DNA of 64,000 nucleotides. Origin: Scyliorhinus canicula. Taxonomy: Eukaryota. The notes under the pieces were generated by a model, which ran no database searches, was not told where the DNA came from, and was given only the letters and a program-made list of their open reading frames with translations. The DNA lies in assembly GCF_902713615.1 (NCBI RefSeq), contig NC_052158.1:43611159-43675158 (forward strand). Reading direction: 5' to 3'. Below, one piece after another: positions 35,001 to 45,450 of the stretch (positions are counted from its first letter, which is position 1; every line of letters starts with the position of its first letter). The position numbers and the translations under genes were made by a program.

Positions 35001-35993
35001 AGCAGCAACCACAGGTTTGTGCCAGCCAAAATGGACGTCACCTTCAAAAGATGGAGACAGGTCAGGGGGACACTGACAGTTAGGGATTTCTACACGGACA
35101 AGAGACTAATAACGCAAGAGGAACTGCCAGAGAAGTTCAAACTGACCGGGGAAATTAGTTAAGATACATGTAAATTAAAAAGTTCAGTAGAGAAACATAC
35201 CCACGGGTGCCAAAACAAACACTATTAGAGGATCTGCTGGATGTGGACAACTGGCGGGGAAGGTGGGGTGGAGCTGCAGGGACCTGCACGGGCAACTACT
35301 GGGAAAGGCATGCTTTTCACTGGATGAGACAAGGGAAAAATGGGATGAAGACCTAGGGTTGAAAAAGGGTGGGGACTTTAGAGCGAAGGACTGCACAGGG
35401 TCAACTCTACCTCCACTTGGCACAAGGTTATGCCTAATGCAGCTGAAAGTGGTACACAGAGCTCCCTTAACCAGAAGCGAAATAGCAGGTTCTTCCTGGA
35501 GGTGGAGAATAAATGTGAGGAAGAGCTGGCCAACCACGCCCACATGTTCTGGTCATGCCCCAGACTGGTCGGGTTCTGGAAGCGTTCTTCAAGGCGATGA
35601 TCAAAGTTGTGGGGATGAGGGTGGAGCCATGCCCGCAAGTGGCAGTGTTCGGGAATCTGAACAGCCAGAGCTCTTTATGGAAAGGAGGGCCAATGCCCTC
35701 GCCTTTGCTTCCCTAATCACCCGCCGAAGAATACTACTCGGCTGGCGATCGGCAGCACCACCCAAAATTGCAGGCTGGCTGTCTGACTTATTGGAATTTC
35801 TCCAAATGGAAAAAAGCCGGGGGTTGGACGAGGGCTTCCACAAGAAGTGGAAGCCATTCACCAACTTATTCCAAGTTCCGTTTGTAGCCAGCAACCAATT
35901 AGCTGGGAAGGGTGTGTGTGTGTGTGAGGGGGGGGGGCTCAACAAAGAGACACAGAACCCAACCATACCCCTCCCCGGGGGGGCGTTTCCAAA
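32041..35993 (+). mobile_element. L1 with both ends and 14-bp TSD, internally deleted and decayed, antisense in ZNF-B intron
   Basis: TSD AAAAGACATTTCAA at 32027-32040 and 35994-36007 after TT. ORF1 remnant QRQNLRIVGLPEG; ORF2 remnants YRTISVLNVDAKILAEIL, RQGCPLSP and HADDLLLY. Confidence 0.9.
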
Positions 35994-36267
35994 AAAAGAC
36001 ATTTCAATAAATGTGTCTCCAGGTCTTGCAGCTGAATTGCTCCGGTGCTGGATTAACAATCCAGAGATTGGGTTCAAATCCTGGGTTCAAGATACATACG
36101 TAGAATTACAGAGCAGAAACAGGCCGTTCAGCCCGATTGCTCCATGCTGATGTTTATGCTTCACACAAGTCTCCTTTCCCCCCTCTTCATCTCACCCTAT
36201 CAGCATATCCTTCTGTTGTTTTCTCCCTCATGAACTTATCTAGTTTCCCCTTGAAGACATCCATGTT

Positions 36268-38557
36268 TTTTTTTGTTTTTTTTAAATAATTTTTATTGAG
36301 AAATTTTGATTTTATCAACATTGACGCACCTTAGTAAAATACCGAAAATAACAATAATATTAACAATCATATACATTCGCCCCATCCCCATGAACAACCC
36401 AGCATTTTAACAACAACGCAAATTAACACACTATAAAGTTACAGAATAAACACTACAATAATGCACCCCCCCCCCCCCCCCCCCCGGGTTGCTGCTGCTA
36501 TTGACCCAGTTACCTATCTCTGAGCCAGGAAGTCCAGAAAAGGCTGCCATCGTTTATAGAACCCTTGTATTGATCCTCTCAGGGCAAATTTGACCTTTTC
36601 CAATTTTATAAATCCCGCCATGTCACTGATCCAGGTCTCCACACTTGGGGGCCTTGCATCCTTCCATTGTAACAGAATCCTTCGACGGGCTACTAGGGAC
36701 GCAAAGGCCAGGACACCGGCCTCTTTCGCCTCCTGCACTCCCGGCTCTACCGCAACTCCAAAAATCGCGAGTCCCCACCCTGGTTTGACCCTGGATCCAA
36801 CCACCCTCGACACCGTCCCCGCCACCCCCTTCCAGAATTCTTCCAGTGCTGGGCATGCCCAGAACATATGGGCGTGGTTCGCAGGACTCCCCGAACATCT
36901 GGTGCACCTGTCCTCACCCCCGAAGAACCTACTCATCCTAGTCCCGGACATGTGGGCCCGGTGCAGCATCTTAAATTGGATGAGACTAAGCCTCGCACAT
37001 GAGGAGGAAGAGTTGACTCTCTCCAAGGCCTCCGCCCAAGTCCCGTCCTCTATCTGCTCCCCGAGTTCCTCCTCCCATTTAGCCTTCAGCTCCTCCACTG
37101 ACGACTCCTCCACCTCCTGCATTACCTTATAGATGTCAGACACCTTCCCCTCTCCTACCCACACCCCTGAAAGCACTCTGTCCATCGTCCCCTGCGAGGG
37201 CAGCAAAGGGAATCCCTCTACCTGTCGCCTAGCAAACGCCTTTACCTGCAGGTATCTGAACATGTTCCCCTGGGGAAGGCCAAATTTATCTTCCAGTTCC
37301 CCCAGGCCCGCAAACCTCCCGCCAATAAACAGGTCCCTCAATTTGCTGATGCCTGCCCTTTGCCACCCCCTAAATCCCCCATCCGTGTTCCCCGGGATGA
37401 ACCGATGGTTGCCACCCAGTGGAGCCTCCATCGAGCCCCCTGTTTCCCCCCGATGCCGTCTCCACTGTCCCCAGATTCTTAGGGTCGCCGCCACCACCGG
37501 GCTCGTGGTAAACCTCTTAGGGGAGAGCGGCAACGGTGTCGTTACCATGGCACCCAGGCTCGTACCTCTACATGACGCCATCTCCATTCTTTTCCACGCC
37601 GCCCCTCCCCCCTCCATCATCCATTTACACACCATTGACACATTGGCTGCCCAATAGTACCCCAGAAGGTTGGGCAGCGCCAGCCCGCCTCTATCCCTTC
37701 CTCGCTCCAGGAACACCCTCCTCACTCTCGGAGTCCCATGTGCCCACACAAAGCTCAGAATACTGCTAGTCACTCTCCTAAAGAAGGCCCTGGGGATAAA
37801 TATGGGCAGGCACTGAAAAAGGAACAAGAACCTCGGAAGCACTGTCATTTTGACAGACTGCACCCTCCCCGCCAACGACAATGGCAGCATGTCCCACCTC
37901 CTGAACTCCTCCTCCATCTGATCTACCAGTCTGGTAAAGTTATGCTTGTGGAGAGTCCCCCAGTCCCTGGCCACTTGCACCCCCAGGTACCTAAAGCTCT
38001 CCCCTGCCCGCCTAAGCGGGAGCCTACCAATTCCTTCCTCCTGGTCTCCAGGGTGCACCACAAACACCTCGCTCTTGCCTAAGTTTAATTTATACCCTGA
38101 GAAGGTCCCAAACTCGGCTAGTAACTCCATCACTCCCGGCATCCCTCCCACCGGGTCCGCCACATACAGTAACAGGTCGTCGGCATACAACGACACCCTA
38201 TGTTCCTCTCCACCTCGCACCAAGCCTCTCCACCTCTCTGAATCTCTCAATGCCATCGCCAGCGGCTCGATTGCCAGTGCAAACAACAAGGGGGACAGGG
38301 GGCAACCCTGCCTGGTCCCTCGGTAAAGCCGGAAGTACTCCGACCTCCTCCTATTCGTGGCCACGCACGCCATCGGGGCCTCATATCGGGGCCTTACCCA
38401 TCTAATGAACCCTTCATCAAATCCAAACCTCCCCAACACCTCCCATAGGTACCCCCACTCCACTCTATCGAAGGCCTTCTCCGCATCCAGCGCCACCACT
38501 ATCTCTGCCTCCCCCTCAATCGCCGGCATCATAATGACATTCAGCAATCTCCGCACA
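36268..38557 (-). mobile_element. Young 5'-truncated L1 with 17-bp TSD, sense orientation in ZNF-B intron
   Basis: TSD TTGAAGACATCCATGTT at 36251-36267 and 38558-38574; poly(A) tail; G-tract in 3' UTR; the empty site is visible in the paralog at ~23170-23200. Confidence 0.95.
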
Positions 38558-38571
38558 TTGAAGACATCCAT
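36514..38571 (-). CDS. Uninterrupted L1 ORF2 3' part (partial RT plus CCHC), 685 codons from an ATG inside the TSD
   Basis: DAEKAFDRVEW, GTRQGCPLSPLLF, YADDLLLY and CTRCSGSPANHAHMFWAC with no stops; endonuclease and N-terminal RT motifs are missing. Confidence 0.75.
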   Translation of the reverse strand: MDVFNVRRLLNVIMMPAIEGEAEIVVALDAEKAFDRVEWGYLWEVLGRFGFDEGFIRWVRPRYEAPMACVATNRRRSEYFRLYRGTRQGCPLSPLLFALAIEPLAMALRDSERWRGLVRGGEEHRVSLYADDLLLYVADPVGGMPGVMELLAEFGTFSGYKLNLGKSEVFVVHPGDQEEGIGRLPLRRAGESFRYLGVQVARDWGTLHKHNFTRLVDQMEEEFRRWDMLPLSLAGRVQSVKMTVLPRFLFLFQCLPIFIPRAFFRRVTSSILSFVWAHGTPRVRRVFLERGRDRGGLALPNLLGYYWAANVSMVCKWMMEGGGAAWKRMEMASCRGTSLGAMVTTPLPLSPKRFTTSPVVAATLRIWGQWRRHRGETGGSMEAPLGGNHRFIPGNTDGGFRGWQRAGISKLRDLFIGGRFAGLGELEDKFGLPQGNMFRYLQVKAFARRQVEGFPLLPSQGTMDRVLSGVWVGEGKVSDIYKVMQEVEESSVEELKAKWEEELGEQIEDGTWAEALERVNSSSSCARLSLIQFKMLHRAHMSGTRMSRFFGGEDRCTRCSGSPANHAHMFWACPALEEFWKGVAGTVSRVVGSRVKPGWGLAIFGVAVEPGVQEAKEAGVLAFASLVARRRILLQWKDARPPSVETWISDMAGFIKLEKVKFALRGSIQGFYKRWQPFLDFLAQR

Positions 38572-39104
38572 GTTATTCACTTCAAACACTCCACGTTGTG
38601 AAATTAAATTTAATCCATTTTGAAATTTGTGGGACAGAATCAAAATAAAAACATGGAAACTTTCAGATTGTGCTAAAACCCCAAACATTGTCCTTCAGGG
38701 AAGGGAACCTGCTCAATTGCCGGACCTGGTCTACATATGACTCCAGTCCCACACAACACGGTTGAGTCTGAACTGCCCTCTGAAATGGTCCAGCAAACAA
38801 TGATAAACAATCAGTTCAAAGTCCAATAATAAGAGGAAAGTCAGACAGACCTGGACAATGCTGGCTTTGTGTCAGAATAAGATTAAGGTGCTCTCAGCCC
38901 AATGAACTCTGTAAAGTCTCTCTCACCAAGGTCTGAGGACTAGTACTCGGAGAGCTGCCCCGCAGACTGGTCAAGTGACAGTGATACTCACTGAATGGTT
39001 TCAATCCGGAATCATCCCAGACTCCTCCCTCAACATCCCTGGGAATGTCCCATCCCACTGGCAGGTGCGATTCCTCAATATTGTATCCATGGAAAGGGCA
39101 ACAA

Positions 39105-39285
39105 GGTGGCGGAGTGGTTAGCATTGCTGCCTCACAGCGCCAAGATCCCAGGTTCGATCCCGGTCCTGGGTCACTGACCATGTGGAACTTGCACATTCTC
39201 CCCGTGGGTTTTGCCCCCACAACCCAAATATGTGTAGGGCTAGGTGGATTGGCCATACTAAATTGCTCCTTAATTGGGAAAAATG
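39105..39285 (+). mobile_element. HE1-type SINE
   Basis: GGTGGCGGAGTGGTTAGCATTGCTGCCTCACAGC head. Confidence 0.8.
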
Positions 39286-39369
39286 AATTGGAGTCTCATG
39301 GCTTCAGGTCAAATAAGTTAATGGAAAACCAACACTTCTCTTCCAACTGAGGAATGAAGATGTCACCAT

Positions 39370-40137
39370 GTTAATCATCACTAGGGAAGTGGACGAAGGA
39401 CAGTTCCCTGGGTGCCCATGAGATGCAGAGGGATAGAGAGAGGGAGAAACAATAGAGAGGAGACGGGAGTGAAAGATACAGAGAGAAACAAGGCGAGAGA
39501 GAGAGAAAGGGACAGGGAGACAAGAGAGACAGAGAGGGCCAGGGAGAGAGAGGGTGGACAGGTCTCACTGAGAGACCAAGGCTAGTGTGGTCAGCAGAGA
39601 GGAGAGAATGTTCTTTCTGAGAGTTATCAGGGAGAATGCGGGAGAAACATGGTCTCTGGTCAAAGAGATGCACTCCAAAGCAATCCAAATACCAGAAGTT
39701 TCATCCTAGGGTTGCCGGGGAAGGATTTGTTGCAGGGAAACTCCGTGTAGGCAGTCTGTCTGGAACTCCCATGGAAACTCAAAGAAACCCCTTTTGACGG
39801 CCACTCAAAGTCACAATTCAGTAAAATGGGGAAAAGTGAATCTGGTGGGAGCTGAAATTGAGGTTGGACTGATTCCTGTAAAAATTTTGATTCTGCAGAT
39901 AGCGGAATGTTAAATACAACTGTGGTGTGAGGTGTTCTGTCAGGTTAAAAGTTAAAGGAGGGTATATTGACTGGAGTTTAGTGTACTAGTGGACAACTAT
40001 GTATTGTTTAGGCACTATTATTTTAGCTAGTTTGTCAGTGTAAATTTCTGAAAATGATTGTGTGCGATTTCTTTCAGTTGGTCACTGGGAATTTGAATCT
40101 CTTTTACATGTTATCGGTCTCGAGTGGGATTGTTACA
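39370..40137 (+). mobile_element. Possible solo LTR
   Basis: Ends GAGTGGGATTGTTACA, similar to the end of the 24013-24824 LTR; the start is uncertain. Confidence 0.35.
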
Positions 40138-40224
40138 ATCCCTCAGTCAACACCATTAAAAAAAGATTATCTGGTCACATTCTTGTGTGTGGGGTCTTGC
40201 TGTGCACACATTGCCTGTCACCAT

Positions 40225-40865
40225 AAGACATAGGAGCAGAATTAGGCCACTCGGCCCATCAATTCTGCACTGCCATTCAATCATGGCCAATATTTTATCA
40301 TCCCCATTCTCCTGCCTTCTCCCTATAACCCTTGATCCCCTTATTAATGAAGAACCGATCTATCTCTGCCTTAAAGACACAGTGATTTGGCCTCCACAGC
40401 CTTCTGCGGCAAAGAATTCCATAGAGTCACCATCTTCTGGCTTAAGAAATTCCTTCTCATCTCTGTTTTAAAGGATCGTCCCTTTAGTCTGAGATGGTGT
40501 CCTCTGGTTCTAGTTTGTCCTACAAGTGGAAACATCCTCTCCACGTCCACTCTATCCAGGCCTCGCAGTATCTTGTAAGTTTCAATCAGATCCCCTCTCA
40601 TCCTTCTAAACTCCAACGAGTACAGACCCAGAGTCCTCAAACGTTCCTCATATGACAAGTTCTTCATTCCAGGAATCATTCTTGTGAACCTCCTCTGGAC
40701 TCTTTCCAAGGCCAGCACATCCTTCCTTAGATACAGGGCCCAAAAACTGCTCACAATACTCCAAATGGCGTCTGACCAGAGCTTTATACAGCCTCAGAAG
40801 TACATCCCTGGTCTTACATTCTAGCCCTCTTGACATGGATGCTAACATTGCAGTTGCCTTCTTAA
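40225..40865 (-). mobile_element. CR1 3' end
   Basis: WALYLRKDVLALERVQRRFTRMIPGMK..RMRGDLIETYKIL..FKTEMRRNFLSQ. Confidence 0.88.
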
Positions 40866-41418
40866 CTTTTCACGTTTCTGACATTACAACAGTGATAACA
40901 CTTCAAAACTACTTAAATGGCTGTAATGTGCTTTGAACATCTGGTGGTCGTGAAAGTATATATAAATATAATTCTTCATTTACGAGGAGGTTACTGAGAT
41001 GGGGGAGGGATTTGAAAAGACAGTACAGAGATCCCATCGCACAGCTGACCGTTCAGTCAGCAGGGTAATAACAGCTCCCAACACACACAACTCAACAATA
41101 GGAAATCAGTGAGAATCCTCACTCTGCCCCTCCCAGATAATTCCCCCTCACCTTCTCATATTCAGTAATGACCCATCAACAAAACTCAGCCTGTAAATCA
41201 GAAGGGAAATGTTTCCAATAAACACCCTGAATATCCAACACACAGCCAATCAAACAGCTCAGCACAAAGCACCGAGTAAACAGGTCTGTGAGCTGGATCT
41301 TCTGACACAGCATAAGGGGCATTTCCACAGCTGATTGCCCACAGGATAGTCAGACTGCCTGAACATTAGTGTGGATATTGTGCAATGTAATGATTGTAAA
41401 TTGTGCTCCTTCACTCAC

Positions 41419-41461
41419 CATCTCCTGACTTGGTTTTGAGTCCCTACAGGAAGTGAAGCAG
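41419..41461 (-). other. 43-nt 5' mini-exon of ZNF-B (cassette 41050-41860)
   Basis: Identical to 9074-9116; GTGAGT donor. Confidence 0.75.
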
Positions 41462-43890
41462 CTGTGGTAGAGGAAGAGGAGAGAATGGGCAGAGTGGGTG
41501 GGCTCTCTGATTGACGTCTCTCACAGACAATCCAAATATTTCTGCAGCAACAGGAGTTTCCTGAAGTTTGGGAAACTGACCGGGGAAACGGAGGCGACTT
41601 TGAGCAGCAGATCAGGTGGGGATTTAAACTTGTCATTGTCCCATCTGAATAAAACCTCACTGATTGCAGCTGCTGTCTCAGTTCCTCCTGGTAAACGTTT
41701 GCCAGAGATTTCTAGTGTGGGAATAGCATTCTTTGTCCTGGGAAGCTTTCAAACTGACATCAGTGTGGGGTGTGTAGCCTCGGATGACAGTAGATCAGAA
41801 GAGAAAGACTCACAGCATCCAGGGCATTGAAGACGTGCAGTAGTGGGATCAGCACATACGCAGGAGAGAGGGAAACAGAGGAGTGAGCGACACGAGATCG
41901 AGGGACACTGGAGGGAGGGACACAGCAGCAGCACAGGAAGGAGAGTGTAATTTACTTTCCTCTGCTCTCTTCTTCCACCTATGAATTCTCCTTTCTCTCC
42001 AATGTGGTCAACACTTATATGCCCTTTGAAATGGCCTAGCTAGCCTCTCAGTTCAAGGGGCAATTCGAGATGGGCAATATATGCTGGCCCATCCGGCTCA
42101 TTGTCCATGTGGAGTTTGCACATTCTCCCCGTGTCTGCGTTGGTTTCGCCTCCACAACCCAAAGATATGCAGGGTAGGGCTATTGGCCACGCTAAATTGC
42201 CCCTTAATTGTAAAAAATTAATTGGGTCCTCTAAATTTTACCAAAAAAAATAATTGCTGGCTCAGCCAGCGATGCCCACATCCCATGAATGGAAACAAAT
42301 ACCCACTTCCCATTGCTCGATCTGCTATCTTCCCTGTCTCTCTTTCCTCCTCCATATCTGTCTCCTATCTTGCTCTTCTTCCAGCCATCAGGAAAAGCTT
42401 GCCACTCTTATTATTCCCTCTGTAACAGTGGTCAGTGCTTCCTTTCCTTGTTCTGTCATGGGCTGTGGACATTGCTGGCACGGGCCATCCCTAATTGCCT
42501 TTAATCTGAGTGGTTTGCTGGGCCAATTCTGAGTCAACCACATTGCTGTGGGTCTGAAATCACATGGAGGCCAGACCAGGTCAGGGTGGCAGATTTGCTT
42601 CCCTAAAGGACATTTACAAAAATCAAAAATGATTTCATGGCCATGGACTTTTAATGCAAGATTTTGTACTGACTGTCATCGAGGTAACGTTCCACAGCAG
42701 TTAGACCATTCACAATATGATTCATGGATTTCTGAAAAAGAGCACGTGCCAAAGTTATCCCAAATGGATGTCTCCGATAACAAAAGTCTCCATGATAAGT
42801 AGCGATTGTGACTCTGCAGCCACATTCGTTTGTAGATATACCTGTGAAATGTCTATTTTGCTTAATGTTTGGCCTCTTTAGTGTCCAGCAAATATATCTA
42901 AAATAAGCGGTAGAGGATAGTAATCTGCACACTTTCCTGGGTTAATTGCATAATGTAAGATGTATAAAATTATGAGGGGCATAAAAAGAGTAGTCAAGAA
43001 GAAACGTTTCCCCTTGTTGGAGGGGTTAATGATCAGGGAGTATAGCTTTAAGGTAAGAGGCAGGAGGTTTATAAGGGATGTGAGGAAAAGCTTTTGGGAG
43101 TCTGGAACTCACTGTCTGGAAGGCAGAGACCCTCATAACATTTAAGAAGTATTTAGATGTGCACTTGCGGTACCCAGGCATACAAGGCAATGGTTTGAAA
43201 ATGAAAAAAAAATTAAAATCGCTTATTGTCACAAGTAGGCTTCAAATGAAGTTACTGTGAAAAGCCCCTGGTCGCCACATTCTGGCGCCTGTTCGGGGAG
43301 GCTGGTATGGGTTGTTTCTGACCGGCGCAGGCACAATGGGCTGAAGGGTCTTTTCTGTGCCCTCTACGACTGTAATTGTGGTTTTAAAATCTCCACATAT
43401 TCTTACTGAACAATCAGGCTTCAACACAGTAACCAATCATCGATAGTAATGGGTTCAATGACTCCTGTCAGAACTAATCTTTCAAGTTCTTCTTCGACTC
43501 CCCGGGTCACTGTCCGTGTGAAGTTTGTACATTCTCTCTGTGTCTGTATGCGTCTCACCCCCACAACTCAAAGATGTGCAGGTTCGGTGGATTGGCCACA
43601 GTAAATTGCCCCTTAATTGGAGAAAAAAGAATTGGGCACTTTAAATTTTAAAAAAAGTTCTTCTTCGACTTTTGGCCTGATGGCTTATGGTACGGTTCTT
43701 GCTTTGTATATTTAGGTGCACTGTTTGGCTTAATTTGAGTTTAACTCCAATTCCTGTCATCGAGACCAGTGACTCTCAAACACCTTTGTATACTTAAAAA
43801 GTAGTTGCAGGTCATGTGTAGATGAGGGTAGTGCAGTTGATGTAGTCTACATGGATTTCCGCAAAACCTTTGACAAGATTGTCAAGTTTA

Positions 43891-44226
43891 GGGCAGCACG
43901 GTAGCATGGTGGTTAGCATAAATGCTTCACAGCTCCAGGGTCCCAGGTTCGATTCCCGGCTGGGTCACTGTCTGTGCGGAGTCTGCACGTCCTCCCCCTG
44001 TGTGCGTGGGTTTCCTCCAGGTGCTCCGGTTTCCTCCCACAGTCCAAATATGTGCGGGTTAGGTGGATTGGCCATGCTAAATTGCCCGTAGTGTCCTAAA
44101 AAGTAAGGTTAAGGGGGGGGATTGTTGGGTTCCGGGTATAGGGTGGATACGTGGGTTTGAGTAGGGTGATCATTGCTCGGCACAACATCGAGGGCCGAAG
44201 GGCCTGTTCTGTGCTGTACTGTTCTA
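43891..44226 (+). mobile_element. Young HE1-type SINE
   Basis: Full length; near-identical to 18677-19007. Confidence 0.92.
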
Positions 44227-44469
44227 TGTCCTAGATCCACATGGGAGACTTATAAAGAAGGCAAATGCGCGAGATACAGGGGAATTTAGCACGGTAGATT
44301 CAAAATTGGCTTAGCTGCAGGAAACAGACGGCTTCATAGATAGATAGAATTTACAGTGCAGAAGGAGGCCATTCGGCCTATCGAGTCAGCACCGGCTCTT
44401 GGAAAGAGCACCCTACCCAAGGTCAACACCTCCACCCTATCCCCATAACCAAGTAACCCCACCCAACAT

Positions 44470-45450
44470 AATTCTGGAGCCAATGTCCAATGCCGTATCA
44501 CAGGGATCTGTGCTGGATCCCCTATTGTTTATCATTTATATAAATGACACAGGTGACTATGTTGGGAATAGGATTGTAAGATTGCAGATGATACAAAGAT
44601 TGGTTAACAGTGAGGTTGAGTGTCTTGGGTTGCAGGAAGATATAAATGGGATGGTCAAATGGGTTGAAAAGTAGCAGATGGAATTTAACCCTGAAAAGTG
44701 TGGTGTTACACTTTGGAAGGAGTTATTTGACAAGGAAGTATTGAATGAATGGTCTGACACTGGGAAGTTCTGAGGAACAAAGGGACCTTAGAGTGTTTGT
44801 CCATAGACCTCTGAAGGCAGAAGGCAGGTTAATAGGGTGGTAACAAAGGCATATTGGACCCTTGTCTTTATCAAAAGCAAGGAGGTCATGTTGGGAGTTG
44901 TATAGAACTTTGTTGAGGACACAGCTGGGGTATTGTGTGCAGTTCTGTTCACCCCATTCTAGGAAGGATGTGATTGCACTGGGGGAAGGGGGGGGGGGGC
45001 AGAGGCGATTCACCATGCTGTTGTCTGGGATGAAATATTTAAGTTATAAAGAGGTTGGAGGCTTAGGTTCTTTCGGCTGGATCAGAGAAGACTGAGGGGG
45101 CGACCTGATCAAGGTGTACAAGGTTATGAGAGACATGGACAGTGTGGATAGAGAAGGGTCAGTTACGAGTGGGCACACGTTTAAGGTGAGGGGTAGTTGG
45201 TTTGGGGAGGATTTGAGGAAAAATGTTTTTTACCCAGAGGGTGGTGACATTTTGGAAGGCACTGTCTGGAAGGGTGGTCGAGGCGGGTTGCCTCACATCC
45301 TTTATAAAGTACATGGATGAGCACTTGGCATGTCATAACATTCAAGGCAATGGGCCAAGTGCTGGCAAATGGGTTAGGTAGGCAGGTCTTTTGAGCGTTG
45401 GTACAAACTCAATGGGTCGAAGGGTCTCTTCTGCACTATTATTCTGTTAT
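44470..45450 (+). mobile_element. CR1 3' fragment
   Basis: VSQGSVLDPLLFIIYIND; LYRTLLRTQLGYCVQFCSPHSRKDVIAL. Confidence 0.85.

Noticed and set aside
36590-38623. Several plus-strand ORFs antisense to L1 ORF2, and alternative-frame ORFs over the ZNF exons
   Set aside because: These are shadow frames of GC-rich or repetitive coding sequence with no independent support.
38572-38688. N-terminal 39 aa of the 724-aa ORF as part of a genuine gene
   Set aside because: It lies outside the TSD, in intron sequence also present in the paralogs; chance read-through.
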